NCBI GenBank assembly: GCA_947632695.1
Contig: CANRQC010000001.1
Coordinates: 1-40,587 of the forward strand
From: an uncultured Oscillospiraceae bacterium
GTDB taxonomy: Bacteria > Bacillota > Clostridia > Oscillospirales > Oscillospiraceae
Reading direction: 5' to 3'
DNA length: 40,587 nt
The notes beneath the pieces are model-generated. The model did no database searches, was not told the origin of the DNA, and was given only the letters and a program-made list of their open reading frames with translations. Shown in pieces: positions 37,001-40,587 of this stretch (positions are counted from its first letter, which is position 1; every line of letters starts with the position of its first letter). Made by a program: the position numbers and the translations under genes.

Positions 37001-37700
37001 CGCCGTTGACGCCGGCGATATCCGCCAGGGAGGGCTCGCCGGGATCATAGACCTCCGCCGCGCCTTCGTTCTCGGCATGGGGATACTTCTCGCCCAGGGC
37101 GTCGTAAATGGACACCATGGTGGGGTTCACGGTGTAGCCCGCGCCCTCAAAGTCGAACTCGTCGCCGGACCAGCCGTCCACCGTGTTCTGGATGGAAACG
37201 GTGCCGGTGGCACGGTCCTGGGTGACCGCCCGGGAGATGGTGTGGGCGAAATCGGTCTTATTCTGGCTCAGGGCCTGCTCCAGAGTGATCACAGGGCCCC
37301 AAACCTTCACGCCAAAGCTGGAACCCAGCAGGTTGACGTGGGAACGGATGCCGAACAGGGTGACGGCGGAGCCGGAGGCCAGCGGCAGAGCGCCGTTGTT
37401 CTTCAGCAGCACAGCGCCCTCCTGGACCTCTTCCCGGTTCAGGTTGATGGCCTTCTGGATGAGGGCATGGGAATTGCCGGTGCCGTCGGAGTTCAGCACC
37501 TCGTCAGAGGGCTTAAACTTGTCGTACAGGGGATCGTCGGGATTGTCCACCGACTCGAACTTGGAGCTCTGGGTTCCAATGTAGGTGTCGATGGTGCCCG
37601 CGTTGGCTTCCAGGATCATGCCCACGACCATGGCAAACGCCAGGACGAAGGCGAAGAGGCTGGTTAAGCCCTTCCACAGGCCCTTGTTTTTGGTTTTCAT
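34059..37700 (-). CDS. membrane-anchored GH3 beta-glycosidase with permuted domain order and extra C-terminal TM domain
   Basis: N-terminal TM; AVLLKNNG and YVGYRYYE..FGYGLSYT come first; GRNGEYYSEDP, KHFAFNDQE, MTSF, VTD come later; about 5 C-terminal TM helices. Confidence 0.9.
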   Translation of the reverse strand: MKTKNKGLWKGLTSLFAFVLAFAMVVGMILEANAGTIDTYIGTQSSKFESVDNPDDPLYDKFKPSDEVLNSDGTGNSHALIQKAINLNREEVQEGAVLLKNNGALPLASGSAVTLFGIRSHVNLLGSSFGVKVWGPVITLEQALSQNKTDFAHTISRAVTQDRATGTVSIQNTVDGWSGDEFDFEGAGYTVNPTMVSIYDALGEKYPHAENEGAAEVYDPGEPSLADIAGVNGDYASSFAQYGDAAIVVLARPSAEQTDYLPGGVVEGLGFEEPLALTKNERDIIETAKQCSDKVIVLISSSSAVEIGDLKNDPDIDAIMWIGAPGAYGMLGVADILSGKVSPSGGLFDIFATYNMSAPAMQNMGKYYYTNTSDVITRSGGVLSFTPGAYVIEAEGMYVGYRYYETRYYDAVMGKGNATSPVGAYASTTEWNYDNEVAYGFGYGLSYTTFTQEFEGEPVFSATVDEKGVPTATATFNVKVTNTGNVAGKTSVQIYGQAPYTEGGLEKSAIQLLNFEKSSVLQPGESEVVTVVVDLQYIASYDEEYDNGDGTYGTYVMDPGDYYFAAGNGAHLALNNILAAQGVAADKLSGEGVAAMAYKKTIDESFISRTAFGISKTGAKISNQLPYSDWNYYQPGEVTYLSRTDWAGTFPKTYDSMTLTNQDLIDDLNGHLYTIKTDDDVSGITWGKDSGINFYEMYGTDYDDPKWDQLLDQLTLKEAQYLATFGGPTFPALESIGIVETYVTENAGNGVAVNLNASKDTGAPWNIPATDPNGNWHPEVFANAPMAASTFNPDLMRRLGEFTGEESLFVGIPILWGPGLNTHRHAYNGRNGEYYSEDPILSGVAAMEFAIGALDYGLVAAPKHFAFNDQESERGGVSPYMTEQRAREVELRAYQYAFEATKYDTADYNAGMRGLMTSFSKIGGIECTTSKGLMTEILQKEWGFIGYAVTDIYDDTDLYGAVLSSGVTCYDTRGQSGFYTSTTLENSFLFQGQVDGNKVSETLLNGDATLQLAVKDSVHKILFALSESHLMNRYNSTTKIVSVMTWWRATYYAIIAVSAILMVLCGAMYVFAVRNDKQTVKKGSVIALVAGVAGLAGVIAMIISSTMSTANALTDLPLLIVAGVVGVALCAVAYLVKNDYVSLASSVGAVLLFVYALGNTLAARVLMIAGLFSYNQGNTEGWNVFYVVIVSVVLFVVACVALIVDSFLKPKKK

Positions 37701-37965
37701 GCGCGTTCCTCCTTAAATTCTTCTCTCGCAAAACCCGCAAGGCCGTGACCGGCCCGGCGGACTGTACGATTTGACTAAATTATATCATTTTTATTAAGAA
37801 ATATCAAAAGACAAATAACATTGTTTTGTTCAAATTTGAAAAATTTATGTGCAAAGGCCGTTTATTGAACACAAAATTTGTAATTCTTGTACAAATAGAA
37901 AAAAAGCCTTGTTTTTCCCGGGAAAAACTTTTATAATATACAAAAACACAGGAGGGAACCGGGAT

Positions 37966-38571
37966 ATGAAGCAGTATGAAGTCCACAATCAGCGGATGCG
38001 GCAGAATATCTGCGAGGCCATGTACCGCATTCTGCTGGAGGTCCCGTTTCCCAAAATCACGGTGCAGAGCATCCTCCAGGAGGCCCACATTCAGCGGGCC
38101 ACCTTTTACCGCTACTTCCGGGACAAGTTCGAGGTGGCGGAGGCCATCAACCAGCTTCTCGCGGACGCCATGGCCCAGGCCTACATGAGGGTGGTGTACG
38201 ATGGGGCAAGCCCTTATTCGGAGCTTCCGGCGCTGCTGGAGCCTCAGAACCGCCAGCTGCTGGGCGTCATGATGCGCCTGCGGATGGACAATTTGGATCT
38301 TCCCCAAACCCTCCGGGCCACCTTTCAAAGCTGCTACCGCCGCCGGTTTCCCGACTGCGGGGTGTATGAAGCGGACCTGGCCGGCGCCAGCTTTCTGGCT
38401 CTTACCTACTGGTTCGTGGAAAAAAATCCCACGCGGGAGGAGATTGCCGCCATTCTGAGTTCCAACGACAAAGCCCGCTGGCTGGCCCGGCTGTACGGCG
38501 TCCCGGCGGACCAGCTCCTGGCCTTCCTGGCCGAATACGGCGAAAAAGAGGAGGAGCGGGAAGACGCCTGA
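37966..38571 (+). CDS. TetR/AcrR-family regulator
   Basis: PFPKITVQSILQEAHIQRATFYRYFRDKFE; RBS AGGAGG; divergent from the GH3 operon. Confidence 0.88.
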   Translation: MKQYEVHNQRMRQNICEAMYRILLEVPFPKITVQSILQEAHIQRATFYRYFRDKFEVAEAINQLLADAMAQAYMRVVYDGASPYSELPALLEPQNRQLLGVMMRLRMDNLDLPQTLRATFQSCYRRRFPDCGVYEADLAGASFLALTYWFVEKNPTREEIAAILSSNDKARWLARLYGVPADQLLAFLAEYGEKEEEREDA

Positions 38572-38608
38572 AAGCACCGCCCCGCCGCTCTTAAATATCT
38601 GTCATAAA

Positions 38609-38696
38609 AAAGCCCTTCCGCCCCGCTGCCATCAGCGGAGCGGGAGGGCTTCACCGGATCAAAAATCTGAGCCTCCGCCGACGGCGGAGGCTCAAA
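38609..38696. terminator. two hairpins between convergent tetR and rhaD
   Basis: aagcccttccgccccgctg..cagcggagcgggagggctt; tgagcctccgcc-gac-ggcggaggctca. Confidence 0.65.
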
Positions 38697-38699
38697 ACT

Positions 38700-39524
38700 T
38701 TACTTTTCAAACAGGAATTTTTCCGGCAGCTTCACGCCGAAGTCCTTTGCCAAATGCCGGAAATCGTCGGGGGTGATGGTCTGGCGCTTGTAGTCCTGCA
38801 TGGAGCGGACCTTCACCAGGATCTCCGCCGATTTTTCCACGGTGTGCATCAGGCCGAAGGTCAGGTCGAAGTCCTCCCCGGAGCAGAACATCCCATGGTG
38901 GGCCCAGATGGCCACGTCGTACTTCTTCATCAGCTCGGAGGTGGCCACGGCGATATCCCGTCCGCCGGGGACCATCCAGGGCACCACGCCGATGCCGTCG
39001 GGGAACACCACGGGGCACTCCGTGGCCATTTCCCACAGCTCCCGGGTGAAGGCCTCGTCGGTCAGGGGCAGGACGAAGGTCAGGGCGATGGTGTTGGCCG
39101 GGTGGGCGTGGTAGATGACCCGGTGTTTGCCGCCGGTGGCGGTAAACTTCACCTCATGGTTCATCAGATGGGTGGGCAGCTCGCTGGTGGGCCGCCCGCC
39201 ATTCACCAGGCCCCAGCAGATCCGGTAATTCTCCCCCGCCTGGTCCAGCTCGATGATGCAGAAGGAGTCATCGGGCTTGACGGTGACGTTGCGCATGAAC
39301 TTTCCGGAGCCGGTGACCAGGAAGTACTCCCCGCCCAGCTTGGGCACGCTGGTGCCGATGGGCTTCCACTGCCCGGGATGAAGCTCCTCCCGGACAGACT
39401 CGACCTCCTCGGGCCGAATGCGGTAGCTCAGATTGCCGCCATTGCGCTCATGCCAGCCCTGCTTCCAGCCGTCGTCGGCCATGCGCATAAAGCCCTTTAC
39501 AAATTCCGCGTCCAATACGTTCAT
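38700..39524 (-). CDS. rhaD: rhamnulose-1-phosphate aldolase
   Basis: GWHERNGGNLS, VTGSGKF, PTSELPTH, HAHP, ECPVVFPDG, WAHHG, EKSAE. Confidence 0.93.
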   Translation of the reverse strand: MNVLDAEFVKGFMRMADDGWKQGWHERNGGNLSYRIRPEEVESVREELHPGQWKPIGTSVPKLGGEYFLVTGSGKFMRNVTVKPDDSFCIIELDQAGENYRICWGLVNGGRPTSELPTHLMNHEVKFTATGGKHRVIYHAHPANTIALTFVLPLTDEAFTRELWEMATECPVVFPDGIGVVPWMVPGGRDIAVATSELMKKYDVAIWAHHGMFCSGEDFDLTFGLMHTVEKSAEILVKVRSMQDYKRQTITPDDFRHLAKDFGVKLPEKFLFEK

Positions 39525-39545
39525 TTTGGTATCCTCCTATCAAAA

Positions 39546-40587
39546 TTATCGGGTGATGACGTCCACAGGGACGTTGAAAATCTTGGCAACCTTTAAAATG
39601 GTGTCGATATGGCGGCCCACGGCGGCGGCCATGTGGTGGGTGGGGCCGGCCTCGCTCCACTTATCGCAAAATTCCCGGGCGCCGCAGGTAAAGCGGGTCC
39701 GCATATTGGTGTCCCCGAAGGTGAAGATGGGGCCCTCCTCGTTGACGCCCTCGGCAACCACGAATTTGAAATGCCCGTCCCGGTCCTGGGTGATGCCGAG
39801 ATAGGTCACGGGCCCTGCCGGGGGATAGAACTGGGTCAGGTAGCCGCCGCCGGTCTTCCCGTGGAACACGGGGACGATCTTCATGGTGGGCTTTTTGGCC
39901 TGGGAGATGTCCGCGTCCCCGGAGCCGGAGTGGCCGATGATGCAGATATCCTGGTCAAAGTCGATGGAGTACATCTCGGAGAGCTGGCCCGTGCCGGAAA
40001 TGGTCTTGAGGATGCTCATGGCCATGGCCACCTTGATGTCCCCCTCCACGGCGCAGGCGGTGCCCTGCTTGATGAGCATGGAGAAAGCGGGAATCAGCAT
40101 GGAGTCCAGCTTGCCCGCCACGCCCTGGGCAAAGCCGTCGTAGTGGGAAGCCACGAAGCCCAGCTTCTCGTCCTGGACCCACTGCTCGAAGGCCACCACA
40201 TATTTTGCCATGTCCCAGACCTTTTCCACGGTGCCGCCGCCCTCGATGTCGAAGGTGTCCAGAATGTCCTGGGCCTTGGCCTGGATGGCGGCCTCGTCGG
40301 TGATGTGGTCGGCAATGGCCCACATCTTCTCCCAGTCGAACTGCTTGGTGTAGAGCCACATCCGGTGGTACAGATTGGTCTCGTCAATATACAGGTCCAT
40401 CATGCCGGGATAGGGCCGGCCGATCTGGGCCAGGTTGGTGTCCCGGAAGCGGCGGCGCACCTGGGCGGCTTTACACCAGTCCTCGATCTGGGCCTGGGCG
40501 TGGTCGTCGCCGCCCTCCACCACGCCGGTGATCACCGCGTGGCGCTTGCCGGCCCGCTCCAGATCCGCCACCATCTCGCCCACGGCC
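39546..40587 (-). CDS. L-fucose/L-arabinose isomerase family protein (5' part outside window)
   Basis: AVEGD, SEMY..D, IGHSG, GPTHH motifs; frame open to the window edge. Confidence 0.82.
   Translation of the reverse strand, partial: AVGEMVADLERAGKRHAVITGVVEGGDDHAQAQIEDWCKAAQVRRRFRDTNLAQIGRPYPGMMDLYIDETNLYHRMWLYTKQFDWEKMWAIADHITDEAAIQAKAQDILDTFDIEGGGTVEKVWDMAKYVVAFEQWVQDEKLGFVASHYDGFAQGVAGKLDSMLIPAFSMLIKQGTACAVEGDIKVAMAMSILKTISGTGQLSEMYSIDFDQDICIIGHSGSGDADISQAKKPTMKIVPVFHGKTGGGYLTQFYPPAGPVTYLGITQDRDGHFKFVVAEGVNEEGPIFTFGDTNMRTRFTCGAREFCDKWSEAGPTHHMAAAVGRHIDTILKVAKIFNVPVDVITR

Noticed and set aside
34614-37667. Long antisense ORFs (e.g. 34614-37667, 32099-33940, 30348-31817, 7949-9403, 5703-7118, 3440-4390)
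   Set aside because: Shadow frames expected from high-GC3 codon bias opposite well-supported genes; no motifs or RBS.

Overview
GC-rich chromosomal window of a Clostridia-type bacterium (Oscillospiraceae-like; inferred from gene content and RBS/promoter style). 1-4.7 kb is a decayed accessory region: a guaA-type att core (GAGTGGGAG-TGA), a 5'-truncated toxin plus intact immunity-like gene, a methyltransferase relic, a lipoprotein esterase and an IS1595 element with perfect 30-bp TIRs and a split transposase. 4.8-14.8 kb is mostly housekeeping: Ldh_2 oxidoreductase, LytTR/GHKL pair, Gly/Ser-rich lipoprotein, 4x[4Fe-4S] protein, membrane protein, proS, an unlisted 55-aa RHH-like ORF and sdaA. 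14.9-16.7 kb is a low-GC patch beside tRNA-Ser(GGA), with a prophage tail relic and a ~0.6 kb four-helix-bundle cassette. That cassette is bounded by a duplicated tRNA 3' segment and carries 7-mer repeats plus a 16-nt complement of the tRNA 3' end; it is the most unusual structure seen. 16.8-27.4 kb is a cobalamin-riboswitch-controlled anaerobic corrin operon. 28.4-38.6 kb is a glucuronide locus (permuted membrane GH3, GH2 GUS, GPH transporter, uxuA, uxuB, TetR), followed by rhaD and a FucI/AraA-family isomerase cut by the window edge. All family calls come from motif recognition, not database searches.
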